Part shown: positions 29,798-39,767 of the stretch, piece by piece
How positions within the stretch are numbered: the first letter of the stretch is position 1
Layout: every line of letters begins with the position of its first letter
Virus record (IMG/VR): IMGVR_UViG_3300012984_000568
Coordinates: 20,373 to 84,372 of that record
Strand: one strand, 5' to 3'
Length of the DNA stretch: 64,000 nt
Source: a virus
Program-made: the position numbers and the translations under genes
Notes under the pieces: model-generated
The model's input: the letters and a program-made list of their open reading frames with translations, nothing else
The model's database searches: none
What the model was told of the DNA's origin: nothing

Positions 29798-31200
29798 CAG
29801 GCCGCAGTCGGGTAGTAGACGATGCGTTTGCTCGCCGGCAGCTCGAGCAGCTCATCACCAGTGAGGTCGTTGCTCGTGATCAGCAGGTCGAGCTTCCCGT
29901 CCTTGTCGACGGTGCCGTAGAGCTCGGCGCACAAGTCGATGACGGTGCGCGGGCGGGTCAGGACCACAGCGCGCTCCGGCAGCGCCGAGAACGACGCTTG
30001 AATCAGGTAGCCAGCCGTCTTCGCCACTACGTTCTGCAGCGCGGCGTAGGCTTCGCCGGTGTCGATGGCTTGGCTGGCATCGCCGATGGGGCCGAGTGCC
30101 GCAAACCCGTCGTCCCGCCAAGCCACGAGCGCGTCCATTTGCTCGAGCACCGCAGCAGCTGTCGAGAGGATCTGCGTTCGATTGCTGAAGCCCGCCGCAA
30201 GCGCGACGGTTGGCGCCTTGATCGGCTGCGAAATCGCGGTGACCACTGACCCCGCGACGGCGTTCATCGAGAAGAGGCTCGCGATGTGGAAGTCGTTGGC
30301 TACTTCCGCTTGATGCCCCGCGAGAACTGACGCCGAACTGAGCGCTTTCGCTGGACTGCCTGCGCTGGAGCCGAAGATCTCCGTGGCGAGCCGCGCATAC
30401 GCGTCCAAGCGCGAGGCGATGCCAGCGAGCGCCCGTCCCGGCGCCTGGATCAGGTTCGAAATCTGCAGCGCAAGCGCCAGCGGGTTGCCAATGAGCACAT
30501 CCATTCCGCCGTTGACCGCGGCCAATCCTTTGCCAAAGCCGTTGCGGACATCGGCAATAGAATCGGAGATCTTTCCTAGCGCCGCCTTGACCTTCTTCAG
30601 CAATCCCTTGAGCGTGCCAATGGCCGCCTGCTTCCGCACCGTGGCGAGTAGGTTGGTGTTCGACAAGAACTGCGCGGCGACGGCAGCATTGAAAAGATCG
30701 AGCAAGCCTTCGATGTCGCCGGTACCGCTGCTCGTGTCGTCCGGGTAGATCGCGGGGATGCTGGTCCAAAACGTCACCGTGACGACGCTCTGATTTGAGG
30801 CCGTGACCAGCGCGTCGTTTCGCTCGACGGTACCAAACGGCAGGGCCGCGATCGTGCCGTAGAGAGGGTGCTCGAGCCGCCCAATCCCTGGCTCCATCAG
30901 CGCCGCTTCGAAGCCGCCGGCGAGCAGGTCGCAGTTCTTCCCGCCGAAGAAACAGACCATTGGATACTTGCGCGAGCTATACCCAGTCTGCTGCACATAA
31001 GAATCGCTGACGCCGGGAAAGTCGAAGGCTGTGCCGCGGACGTCGAAGCTGCGCCCGACGTCGGTGTACGCAAACGGCACACGCGTACCGGTGACGGGTG
31101 ACGTGTATGCCGCTTCCTTGAGCCGATCGCGCCAGCTGCTTTGACCACCGAAGCCAATCAGCTTCGAGGCGACACTCGATACGGGTCCGAGGTCGGGCAT
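29797..31200 (-). CDS. DNA circularization N-terminal domain protein (Mu gpN-like)
   Basis: SWRDRLKEAAYTS, F.FPG, G.GRLEHPLYG; C-terminal LCAELYG..LI..NDL. Confidence 0.85.
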   Translation of the reverse strand: MPDLGPVSSVASKLIGFGGQSSWRDRLKEAAYTSPVTGTRVPFAYTDVGRSFDVRGTAFDFPGVSDSYVQQTGYSSRKYPMVCFFGGKNCDLLAGGFEAALMEPGIGRLEHPLYGTIAALPFGTVERNDALVTASNQSVVTVTFWTSIPAIYPDDTSSGTGDIEGLLDLFNAAVAAQFLSNTNLLATVRKQAAIGTLKGLLKKVKAALGKISDSIADVRNGFGKGLAAVNGGMDVLIGNPLALALQISNLIQAPGRALAGIASRLDAYARLATEIFGSSAGSPAKALSSASVLAGHQAEVANDFHIASLFSMNAVAGSVVTAISQPIKAPTVALAAGFSNRTQILSTAAAVLEQMDALVAWRDDGFAALGPIGDASQAIDTGEAYAALQNVVAKTAGYLIQASFSALPERAVVLTRPRTVIDLCAELYGTVDKDGKLDLLITSNDLTGDELLELPASKRIVYYPTAA

Positions 31201-33479
31201 CAGAAAGCACCGCTGGGCGTGAGGTTGAGGCTCACGCCGCCCTTGGACTGGCTCACAACGCGTGCGGCCGATCCGCCCTCGGCGCGCACGGCGATCTCGC
31301 CGTTGAATTGACCGGAGCCAGCCGCGCGCTCGGCTGGCGTGACCACTTGCGGCCCACTGCCTTCGCTGGGCGACGCACCTTGTTCACCACCGCCAAGCGC
31401 GCCTTCCGTGACTCCGTGACCAACACCTTGCACGAACTTGATTGCGCGCTCGATGCCGGAAACGATGGCCTCGACTTTGCCGATCACCCACCCCAATGCA
31501 GTTTCGAACGCATTAGAGATTGTGCTCCACAGCCCAGCAAAGAACGTGGACAGTGGTGTCCAGATGGCGACGAACACGCCATAAAGATCCTTTGCCGTCT
31601 GTACGATCCCGCCCCACCAGAACGAGAATACCGTCTTCACGCCTTGCCAGAGCGCGCTGTAAAACGCCGACAACGGCCCCCAGATCGCCTTGATATCCTC
31701 GATATAGACGTTGGCGACCGCGACGATTGCGTCCCATGCGAGTGAGAACGCCGTTCCGACGACACCCCACAACCAAGTGAAAAAAGCGACAATCGGCTCC
31801 CACATCGGCCTGAACAGATTGACGACGAAGCGCATGACCGTGCTCAGCGCATAAAGCTCGAGCGTCCAAATGCCGACGATGAAGTCGACTACGCCACGCA
31901 CGGTCGACTTGAGGCCGTCCCAGAAGGCGCTGAAGAACGACGCGACCGGTCTCCAAACACTCAGGAAGGCATCCGAAACCTTGTGCCAGAGGTTCGAGAA
32001 CCAGGCACCGACCGCCGCGGCGCCTTCCTTGATCGTCGTCCAGAGACGAGAGAAGAACGCCGAGATCTCGGGCCAGTATGCGACGATCAGCGCGATCGCG
32101 GCGACGATGGCTAGGGCGAGCGCGACGTAGGGATTGCTCGCGACGAAGTTGGCGATGTTGATCGCGGCGTTCGCCGTCTTGACGGCCGCCGAGAACGCCA
32201 TGAAGACCGCGATGATCTTCAGAATGCGCATTCCCCACGTCACGATCTTCGGCATGTTGTCGGCAATGCTCTTGATGAAGTCGCTGACCCGAGTGACGAT
32301 CAGTTCCTGATTCGCCTGGATCCACGCGTTCACCTGGTCGATGACTTGCCGAAGCGCGCCGCTCTTCAGCTGGAAGAGCTTCACTTCGAGCACTTCAATC
32401 GTAGAGAGCAGCAGTTTCCAGCTGCCCATCGTGGTGTCGAGGCGGATCTGTGCGACCTTTTCGGCGTAATTGCCGGTGTTCTTGAGGCTCTCGAGCAGCT
32501 TGTCGAACTCCCCGGACTAGGCCATGCGCTCGAGCCCGAGCGCCGCCTTGTCGCCGCGCAACCCGACGAGCTCGGCAAAGAAGCTCATCTTGCTCATGTT
32601 GCCGCCAGCCTTGTCGCCGGCTTTCACGAACTGGCCGAGGACGTCGCGGAACGAGAGCATGTTGCCCTTCGCGTCCTGAAACTTGACCCCCATCGCCCTC
32701 ATCTTGTCCGCCGCCTCCTTTGAGGGGTGGGAGATTTTGGCGAGCATGGTGGCGACCGCGCTGCCCGCGGTCGACGAGTCGATACCCGTCTTCTGCAGCA
32801 AGCCTACCGCCGCCGCGGTGTCTTCGATCGACACGCCGAGGGCCTGAGCAGTTGGCGCCGCGATCGCGAGCGCCGTGCCCATGTCGGTGATCTTGGCGCC
32901 GGTCTTTTCCGCGGTGAAGGCCAGTACGTTCGCGACGTAGCCAGCCTGCTTCGCCTCCAAGCCGAAACCGCGGATTGCGCTACCAACGACGGTCGCGACT
33001 TCGGCCATGCCCTCTCCGGAGGCCGCGATCGCGTTCAAAACGCCGGGAATGCCCTGCAGGATTTCCTCGGCGTCAAAGCCCTTGCGGGCCATGAACTCCA
33101 TCGCTTCGGAGACTTCGGACGCCGAGAACTGCGTAGTTACACCGAGGCTCAGCGCTGACTGTTCGAGCTCCGAGATCTGCGCGCGGGTCTTACCCATGAC
33201 CGCGCCGACGTTCGTGATCGACTGCTCGAACTCAGCGCCGGAATGCACCACGTGATGCAGGCCGGCGCCGACGGCAGCACCGATCACAGCGCCTGCCGCT
33301 ATCGCCTTGTGCGCTACGGCCTCAAAGCTCGCGCCGATCTTCTCATTGGCCTCGGCAATGCCGTGGATCGCTTTGGACGCACCAACACTGAAGCCGGACA
33401 CGTTCGAGCGGATCTTCGCGATGACCGCGGAGACCTGGTCGTTGCCCTTGAAAAGGGCCTCGATTGAGAAGCGAGACAC
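31200..33479 (-). CDS. Tape measure protein interrupted by one in-frame TAG (32517-32519)
   Basis: TP901-type core (FEQSI.NV.AV, TQFSASEVSEAM), then W/F-periodic repeats; ORFs 32517-33479 and 31200-32429 share a frame and the 29 codons between them are open. Confidence 0.85.
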
Positions 33480-34111
33480 TTACGCTTTCGTGTGCTTTTT
33501 GAGTGCTTCGCGAATGCCGTTGTAGAAGAACCGAATCTCCTGCATCGACAACGTTCGTGGGTCGGGCAAACCTGGATAGTCACTGCATATCTGCAGCAAC
33601 ATCTCGCGGTAGACGGGAACCAGCCTATGGCACTCGGCGCCGGTTTTTCTGTCTCTCTCGAGCCGCGCATCGACGCCGTTGCGCACGATTAGGTCGACGA
33701 CCCTTACCCCAAAAAAAGGCCGACCAACGCTGCGCAGAACGTGTAGTCGGGCGCCGCAAGCTTCGACAATTCGCCCCTCGGCCATCCGGTGAGGTCGGCG
33801 AGCATGGCGATCATCATGTGCTGTTCGCCCTGCTCTTTGCCGTCGTCCATCGCCATGAAGGTCGCGCCCTTGGCCATCCGGAACGTTAGCGGCTTGGCGC
33901 CGTCCACGGGCGGCGTGTACGTCGCCGTGCCGTCTTCTCCGACGACGAGCGTCCCCACGGAGATCTCTTTCACGATCTTCGCGCGGAGCTTCTTGAGCGA
34001 TGTGAGCTCCTTTTTGGTCAGCCCGTCTTCGTCGATGTCGATGCGCCGCAACGTGCACAGCCGCTCGAACTCTTTTTCAGCGGCTTCCACCGCAACACGC
34101 AATTCAGCCAT
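33480..34111 (-). CDS. Tail assembly chaperone pair (G and -1 frameshift GT product)
   Basis: ORF 33704-34111 ends ..CTT TTT TTG GGG TAA; slippery T TTT TTG at 33716-33710; -1 frame open to 33480. Confidence 0.8.
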
Positions 34112-34145
34112 GATTTACCCTCGTCCGTTTCTTCAAACAGCCGCT

Positions 34146-34529
34146 TTACTGCGGCGTGAGCTTGCCCTGGCCCATGAGCGTGATACTCGTGGTTGCCTTG
34201 GCGGTGCTGAAGTCGTGATCGTCCGCGACGATGCCCTTGCCCTGGTAGGTGGTGCCGTCGATGTACGTGATTGTGCAGGGCACGATCTCCATCGCGTCGG
34301 CCTTGTCCTGCAGGAACTCGTTGTCAGCCTTGTCGTTGTCGATTGTGATCGTGATGTCGCTGACCGACCACGGCTCAACCGTGCCGAGCACTCGGACCGT
34401 GCCATCACCGTTGGCTTCGACGGCCACCTTCTTGCCGCCGAGCTTCACCTTCGCGTCCGCATCGGTCGCGACGGCGAACGGGCGCCCGTCGATCTCGATG
34501 CCTTTGATCGAACCACCTACTGCTGCCAT
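34146..34529 (-). CDS. Tail tube protein
   Basis: 127 aa between sheath and chaperone; ATG after GAGG. Confidence 0.75.
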   Translation of the reverse strand: MAAVGGSIKGIEIDGRPFAVATDADAKVKLGGKKVAVEANGDGTVRVLGTVEPWSVSDITITIDNDKADNEFLQDKADAMEIVPCTITYIDGTTYQGKGIVADDHDFSTAKATTSITLMGQGKLTPQ

Positions 34530-34562
34530 TTGAATCCTCGCTCGTGCGTGGGGGAAGTGCGG

Positions 34563-34621
34563 GCACACCGCGGCCTTCCCGACTGCGCAGCTGGGCGCTC
34601 AGGGGTCAGGCCGCGACGCGC
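34563..34621 (-). promoter_or_regulatory. Long intergenic hairpin before tube gene
   Basis: GCGCGTCGCGGCCT/AGGCCGCGGTGTGC pairing with G-U on the - strand. Confidence 0.55.
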
Positions 34622-34633
34622 GGTGATTGGTTG

Positions 34634-36421
34634 TTAGGCGACCAGCGTCTGCGGGTCGATGTAGTACGAGAACTCGAGCGTGACGGCCTTTTGCTTCGTG
34701 TTTCCCGAGATGTACCAAGTAGACTTGGTGTCGATTCGATTCGGAGCAGCGATGCGCGCCGTTGTCGACTTCTTGGTAGCCGCTGGGTCGCTGATGAGCG
34801 CCGCCAAACCGAGGTCATCCGCGAGCGCGGAGATTTCGGCGATCGCTGCGGACGGCTTGCGCGCGTCCGGGTTTGACGTCGCTTGGTCGGACGGAATGAG
34901 CACCGCGCGGCGCCACTTCGGACCGCCGAAGATCAGGGCTTCGTTGAAGATAATATTCATGATCTTCACGAGGTCCTTCACGTGGCGGTAAGCCGGAGGC
35001 TCCTCGCCAGTGGGCGCGTAACACGTCAAGATGTCCTCGAGCACCACGACCTTGTCCTCGATCGAGGTGGTCGAGCACCCCGCCAAGTTGGCTTGGTTGC
35101 GCGTCGGGAAGTCCCATTGCGCCGCGTCGGAGCCAGGGACAACGCCCTGTCCCGCGCTCGTGATCGGCAGCCCGCAATAGTCGAGTGCTGGGTTGGAGGC
35201 GGCTTGCACGGCAATGCGCGCGAGCGCTCGAGCGGCGACCACCAAAGGCAGGGTGGGTGAGTCCGGGGCAGCGATGATCGAGTTGATCCGGTCCGTTTTG
35301 CGCGTCGAGCTCACGGCGGACGCCTGGTCGACCGTGCTGTGGATCGTGCCGGTGAAGAAGACGATCGGCTTGTGGACGGTCGTCCCCCAACGCCCATCAC
35401 CGAAGTTCTGGTAGGCGTCGAGCGCGTTCGTGTTGGCGACCGGCAGGGTGTTCAGACCGAACACCTCCCAAACGTTGCCAACCCAACCGAGCTGAGTGGT
35501 GGGGTCCGGGTCGGTGAGGCCGCCGTTCATCGCTGTCGCGGCGAACACGACGCCGGTCTGCTGCATGAGGACCTCGATCTTCATGAGGTTCCCCATCGTG
35601 CCCTTCCAGCCTGCCGTGAAGTTGATCTTCGTCGCCGGCACGGTGATCGTGAACGTCGCGCCGACGCCGAAGTCGGTCGAGCCGTCCGTGATGGTAAAGC
35701 TCAGGCCGTTGACCGTGAACACGGTTGCAGCGCTGGCGCCGACCGTCTGAGTCAGAGTGCGCGAGAGCACATTGCCGAGCGGGTCGGTGAGCGTCCACAC
35801 GCCACCGTTCACCACCGCGGTGTTCAGCACGAGCTTATAGGCGCCGGGCAGCGCGGGACCAACGACAGAGAGCGCACCGATCGTGCCGTTGCCGGTACCA
35901 GACAGCGCGGAAGCCGTAGGCGTGCCGTAGGCGAACGACGTCGTGACCGGCATGTGCAACACGGAGTTCATCGCGAACCCGATCTTGGCCAGAGTCAGAT
36001 TGACGTCGATGGCGCCGGCCGGGATACCGAACGACTTCGACGCCACTCCGCCGACGCGAACGACGTAGTCCGCCGCAAAGGCTGCTGTGCCAGAGGGGGT
36101 GAGGTCGCCCGTGGCAGCGGTCGCGCCGACCGCGTCCGTCATCGGATAGACGGTGACCGGGATGGTGCCCACGCCATCACCGTTGGACGGAAAAAGCTCG
36201 CGCATCGCGAGGTAGATGGCCGACTTGTAGCCGTAGAGCGCGCCCGCGGCGCCAGCGCTCGTGAGCTCCTGCTTGGCAGCAGGGAACGAAACGCCGGTTT
36301 GCCCCTGAGCAAACACTGCAATGCGCGGCGGCAGGACGGCGCGAGAACCACCCGCCAAGGCCTTGTATTGGACGTCGATGCCAAGGACGCTGGCAATGGC
36401 GGTGCTATCGATCTGAGTCAT
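34634..36421 (-). CDS. Contractile tail sheath protein (Mu gpL-like)
   Basis: LPPRIAVFAQG, A.ALYGYKS, RN.A.LAG.ST, PPAYR, NRID motifs; 595 aa. Confidence 0.85.
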   Translation of the reverse strand: MTQIDSTAIASVLGIDVQYKALAGGSRAVLPPRIAVFAQGQTGVSFPAAKQELTSAGAAGALYGYKSAIYLAMRELFPSNGDGVGTIPVTVYPMTDAVGATAATGDLTPSGTAAFAADYVVRVGGVASKSFGIPAGAIDVNLTLAKIGFAMNSVLHMPVTTSFAYGTPTASALSGTGNGTIGALSVVGPALPGAYKLVLNTAVVNGGVWTLTDPLGNVLSRTLTQTVGASAATVFTVNGLSFTITDGSTDFGVGATFTITVPATKINFTAGWKGTMGNLMKIEVLMQQTGVVFAATAMNGGLTDPDPTTQLGWVGNVWEVFGLNTLPVANTNALDAYQNFGDGRWGTTVHKPIVFFTGTIHSTVDQASAVSSTRKTDRINSIIAAPDSPTLPLVVAARALARIAVQAASNPALDYCGLPITSAGQGVVPGSDAAQWDFPTRNQANLAGCSTTSIEDKVVVLEDILTCYAPTGEEPPAYRHVKDLVKIMNIIFNEALIFGGPKWRRAVLIPSDQATSNPDARKPSAAIAEISALADDLGLAALISDPAATKKSTTARIAAPNRIDTKSTWYISGNTKQKAVTLEFSYYIDPQTLVA

Positions 36422-37170
36422 GGATTCTCAGGCTCCTGGGAAATCGGGAAGTCTGCGGTGAACAGGAGTTCGCCGGTTTCGGCGCGCATGAACGACGACG
36501 AGATGAGCTCGAGCGGCGCGCCCTGAACTTGTTCGGAGAACTCGTTGAACGTGACGGCGAGCGAGACGCGCGCGCCTACGATGTGCTGCGCGACCCGCTC
36601 ACTGGGGCCGACGGGCGACATCTGAATGCTTTGGACCCAACGTCCGCCCCAAATGACTTTGTTCTCACCCTTGGCCATTGGAAAGCCGAGGGTGATGTAG
36701 TGCGCCGACATGAGGATCGTGCGCACGAGGCGGTAAGCCCGCTTCGCTTCGATTGCGGCGAGTTCGTCACCGGTGAAGTGGCCCAACCCGTTTGGGTTGT
36801 CGGCAGTCAGGCCCAAGCCAAAACAGTCAATTAAGAACGTCCCGTCGGCGGCTTGGCGCTCGTGCGGGTCGCCCTTCGACTTGTCGAACGCCTCTTGGTC
36901 GAACGACACGTTGACGATGGGCGAGCGGTCGAAATCGGGCTTCGGCTTGCCCGCGCTCGGGGCGTCGGACCACATCTCCCACGCGTTCGAGCGCTCGACG
37001 AAAACGCGGAGTTTCCAGAGCTTCTCGTTCTTGCTAGCCGCTTTCGCCATCGCCTGCTGCGACAGCGACTCGGCGAGAAGAATTGCCCCGATTTGGTAGC
37101 AAATCAGCTCGGAGTTGTCCTGCCGATCGATCAGGGTGGTGATCTTCGACGGGATAGTCGCGATCGTCAT
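36418..37170 (-). CDS. Tail terminator/neck protein
   Basis: Position directly upstream of the sheath, ATGA coupled. Confidence 0.55.
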   Translation of the reverse strand: MTIATIPSKITTLIDRQDNSELICYQIGAILLAESLSQQAMAKAASKNEKLWKLRVFVERSNAWEMWSDAPSAGKPKPDFDRSPIVNVSFDQEAFDKSKGDPHERQAADGTFLIDCFGLGLTADNPNGLGHFTGDELAAIEAKRAYRLVRTILMSAHYITLGFPMAKGENKVIWGGRWVQSIQMSPVGPSERVAQHIVGARVSLAVTFNEFSEQVQGAPLELISSSFMRAETGELLFTADFPISQEPENP

Positions 37171-37174
37171 TTAG

Positions 37175-37564
37175 CTATCCGGGCGGCGGAGCGAGCTCGA
37201 AGAACTCGAGAATCAGGACGAGGCAGCCGAGCGTGCGATCGGGAATCGTCTCGGCGATCGTGAACGTCTGCGACTGGCAGCCGACGGTCTCAGCGAACGT
37301 CACCTGCCAGCACTTCGACTTGTCGGCGTCGAGCACACGGACCGGCTCCATGTTGACGAGCGCCAGGTCGCGCATCGACAGCGCCACCGAGCAGCGCCGC
37401 AGGCTCACCGTCTTGCCCGTCTCGGGATCGACCGCGTGGGCGATGTCCGCCTGCATGCCGCGGAGCTCGGCCGTCCTGCCGCCGGGCTCTTGGAGGGTGA
37501 CGACGCAGCCGTCGGCGTTCAGGATCGCCTGAATGTCGGCGGCTGCGATATCAGCGAGGCTCAC
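37175..37564 (-). CDS. Head-tail joining protein
   Basis: MSLADIAAADI..L..DG..VTL..DPETG pattern; synteny. Confidence 0.55.
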   Translation of the reverse strand: MSLADIAAADIQAILNADGCVVTLQEPGGRTAELRGMQADIAHAVDPETGKTVSLRRCSVALSMRDLALVNMEPVRVLDADKSKCWQVTFAETVGCQSQTFTIAETIPDRTLGCLVLILEFFELAPPPG

Positions 37565-38076
37565 TTGACGAAGTGGCCTTCGGCGTCTAGTTGGGCGAGA
37601 CGCTCGGCGCCGTTGTGCATGATGTCGGCAGCGAAGACCTCTTCGCCCTCACCAAGCACGCCCCGCAGGCAGTGAATGGACTTGTTTTGGGCGAGTACGT
37701 AGCGCCGATCACTCGGCTGGCCCTGAGCGTCAGCAGCGCGAGCGATGCTCGACGACTGCGCGTCCGCTTGCTTTGCTAGCGCCGCATCCACGAGCAGTCC
37801 ATGCTCGTATTCCGCGAAGTAATTTTCGTAGTTCTCGGCACGATATCCCTTCGCCACGAATTCGTCCACGGAGGGGCGCGTGTAGCCTTCGGGAAGTTTC
37901 TCGGTGCCATCGAGAACCACGGCGGCTCGAGCCTTCTCTTTCACCTGAGACTCCAGATCGGCAACTAGCGCAGTGAGTTGCGCATGGTTCAGACCATCCG
38001 TCTTCACTTCGGCGCTGAGTTGGACACCAAGCGCCAGGGCGCGTTCCGAGAGTTGCTTTTTGCTGAGATCTGCCAT
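37561..38076 (-). CDS. Head-associated hypothetical protein (FI-like position)
   Basis: Follows the capsid gene. Confidence 0.5.
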   Translation of the reverse strand: MADLSKKQLSERALALGVQLSAEVKTDGLNHAQLTALVADLESQVKEKARAAVVLDGTEKLPEGYTRPSVDEFVAKGYRAENYENYFAEYEHGLLVDAALAKQADAQSSSIARAADAQGQPSDRRYVLAQNKSIHCLRGVLGEGEEVFAADIMHNGAERLAQLDAEGHFVK

Positions 38077-38137
38077 TCGAATCACCAATCGGTTGATGCG
38101 AGTAAAGTGAGGGCGCGCAGAGGCGCCCCCAAATCGC

Positions 38138-39226
38138 TCAGAACACGGTGATGCAACCGAAGGTATCGATTGCGACGGGGATGGTTAGCGGTCGCGTGCC
38201 AGCCGACACCTTCAGGTGCTGACCGTCTTGGGTGATCCACGCGTACGTGGACAGGTCGAACCCGTTGCCACTCATGCGAGTCGGCAGGTACGGGAGCACA
38301 CGCGGATCGGGAGCAACGATGCGCGGGATGCCACCGAACGATAGGTCCATGCGCGCGCTGGGCGACGTCATGATGACCTTGTTGTCGGCGACGTACGGCG
38401 TCAGCACCTTGGTCTGCGGATGAATGTACGACCCGTCGTACAGCCACATTTCGAACCGGTAGTTCTGCACTACGATGGTGCCGGCGAACGTCGCATCTTG
38501 TGGACCTGCCTCAGCGGAGGGCACGGCAAGCTTGACCAAGTCCTGCATACCGATGCTGGCGATCGCAGCCTTGACGTCTGCGTTCTTGGTGAAGCGCTGC
38601 CATGCGCCGGCGCCGAAGGTGAGCTTGGCCGGGCGCTTGCGTCCGTCCTTGCGCAAAATGGCCGCCAATGCAGCCAGGTCACCCATCGGATCGCCGGTCG
38701 ATCCGTTGGCCGCCCACGTCGTGCCGACGGTGAAGAAGTGCGTGGACTTCGGCTGAAAGTCCAAGGTGTACAGTTCGACTCCCGCGTCATCGAACAAATG
38801 CAGTTCGCCGGTCTGCAAGACCTGCGAGGACATGAGTTCGACAGCGCGATTGACCTTGTTGCCCAGCTTCCGGAAAATGCTGAACGCCTTGACGATCGCG
38901 GTCGCTTGGAATACCGGGTCTTCGAACGGAACCACGCCCGGCTGACGCTTCAGGAGGTCGAACGACGTGATCGTTCCTTCCTCGTTGAACAACGGCGGGC
39001 GAAAGCTCTTGTTGGTGAATTTTCCGTCGGCGTTTTGGCGCGCGCCGGTGGAAAGGTCCTGAATTACGACAGCGACTTCTTCCGAGTCGCGCTGTACGTC
39101 GATCTCGACCTCTTCCGTGTTGTGGATTTGGCGCGGACCGGTGTGGAACTGGCTCGACAGGTACATCGGCGCCGGAGCTTCATCCGTGTACGCCTCGATC
39201 ATCCGTCGGGTGGATGAATCACTCAT
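38138..39226 (-). CDS. Major capsid protein, lambda gpE family
   Basis: TEEVEID, F.PP...E, NRAVELM..QVL.TG, S.PL-type C-terminus; 362 aa. Confidence 0.9.
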   Translation of the reverse strand: MSDSSTRRMIEAYTDEAPAPMYLSSQFHTGPRQIHNTEEVEIDVQRDSEEVAVVIQDLSTGARQNADGKFTNKSFRPPLFNEEGTITSFDLLKRQPGVVPFEDPVFQATAIVKAFSIFRKLGNKVNRAVELMSSQVLQTGELHLFDDAGVELYTLDFQPKSTHFFTVGTTWAANGSTGDPMGDLAALAAILRKDGRKRPAKLTFGAGAWQRFTKNADVKAAIASIGMQDLVKLAVPSAEAGPQDATFAGTIVVQNYRFEMWLYDGSYIHPQTKVLTPYVADNKVIMTSPSARMDLSFGGIPRIVAPDPRVLPYLPTRMSGNGFDLSTYAWITQDGQHLKVSAGTRPLTIPVAIDTFGCITVF

Positions 39227-39356
39227 TGGGATTGTTCCTTATTGCGGTACGGAGAACGCACGAACGCCAATGGGCGATGCGTACCCGTCAAAACGAGTTG
39301 GGTTGTTTGAGGGCGGCGCCGACTCCGTAAACGGGAGCGCCGCCCCAGAGTGTCAA

Positions 39357-39767
39357 TCAGTCGTGGGTGTCGAAACCTGCGATGTGATTCACATCGATCG
39401 GGATGATGTCGTAGTCACGCAGCTGGTCGAGCACCGCGCCGTCGATGTTCACGCCGGTACCGTCCACGTCGATGATGAGCTTCGACTTGTCTACGGTGCC
39501 TTTCACGAGCGCGCGGACCTTGTAGTCAGCCGCGCCGGTCGTAGTGAGCGGATAGGTCAAAACGGCTTTGGGAATGCCGTTTTGGTTGGTCGAACCGCCT
39601 TTGGCAAACACCACGAGCTTCAAGCTCACGCTGTCGCGCGCAAAGATTGTTCCTGCGGGAAAGGTCTTCGCGCTAGCCGCGGTGAACACCTCGTCGCGAA
39701 ATTCTTCGTCACGAAGGGCGACGGCACTGACCTCGATGTCAGTGACGGTCATGCTGTTTGCGGGCAT
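39357..39767 (-). CDS. Head decoration protein (lambda gpD-like)
   Basis: GTIFARDS, PKAVL, G.V.KSKL; lies between protease and capsid. Confidence 0.75.
   Translation of the reverse strand: MPANSMTVTDIEVSAVALRDEEFRDEVFTAASAKTFPAGTIFARDSVSLKLVVFAKGGSTNQNGIPKAVLTYPLTTTGAADYKVRALVKGTVDKSKLIIDVDGTGVNIDGAVLDQLRDYDIIPIDVNHIAGFDTHD

Noticed and set aside
39330-39356. Sigma70 promoter from TTGACA upstream of the capsid gene
   Set aside because: No plausible -10 hexamer at 16-18 bp; the region is a GC-rich hairpin
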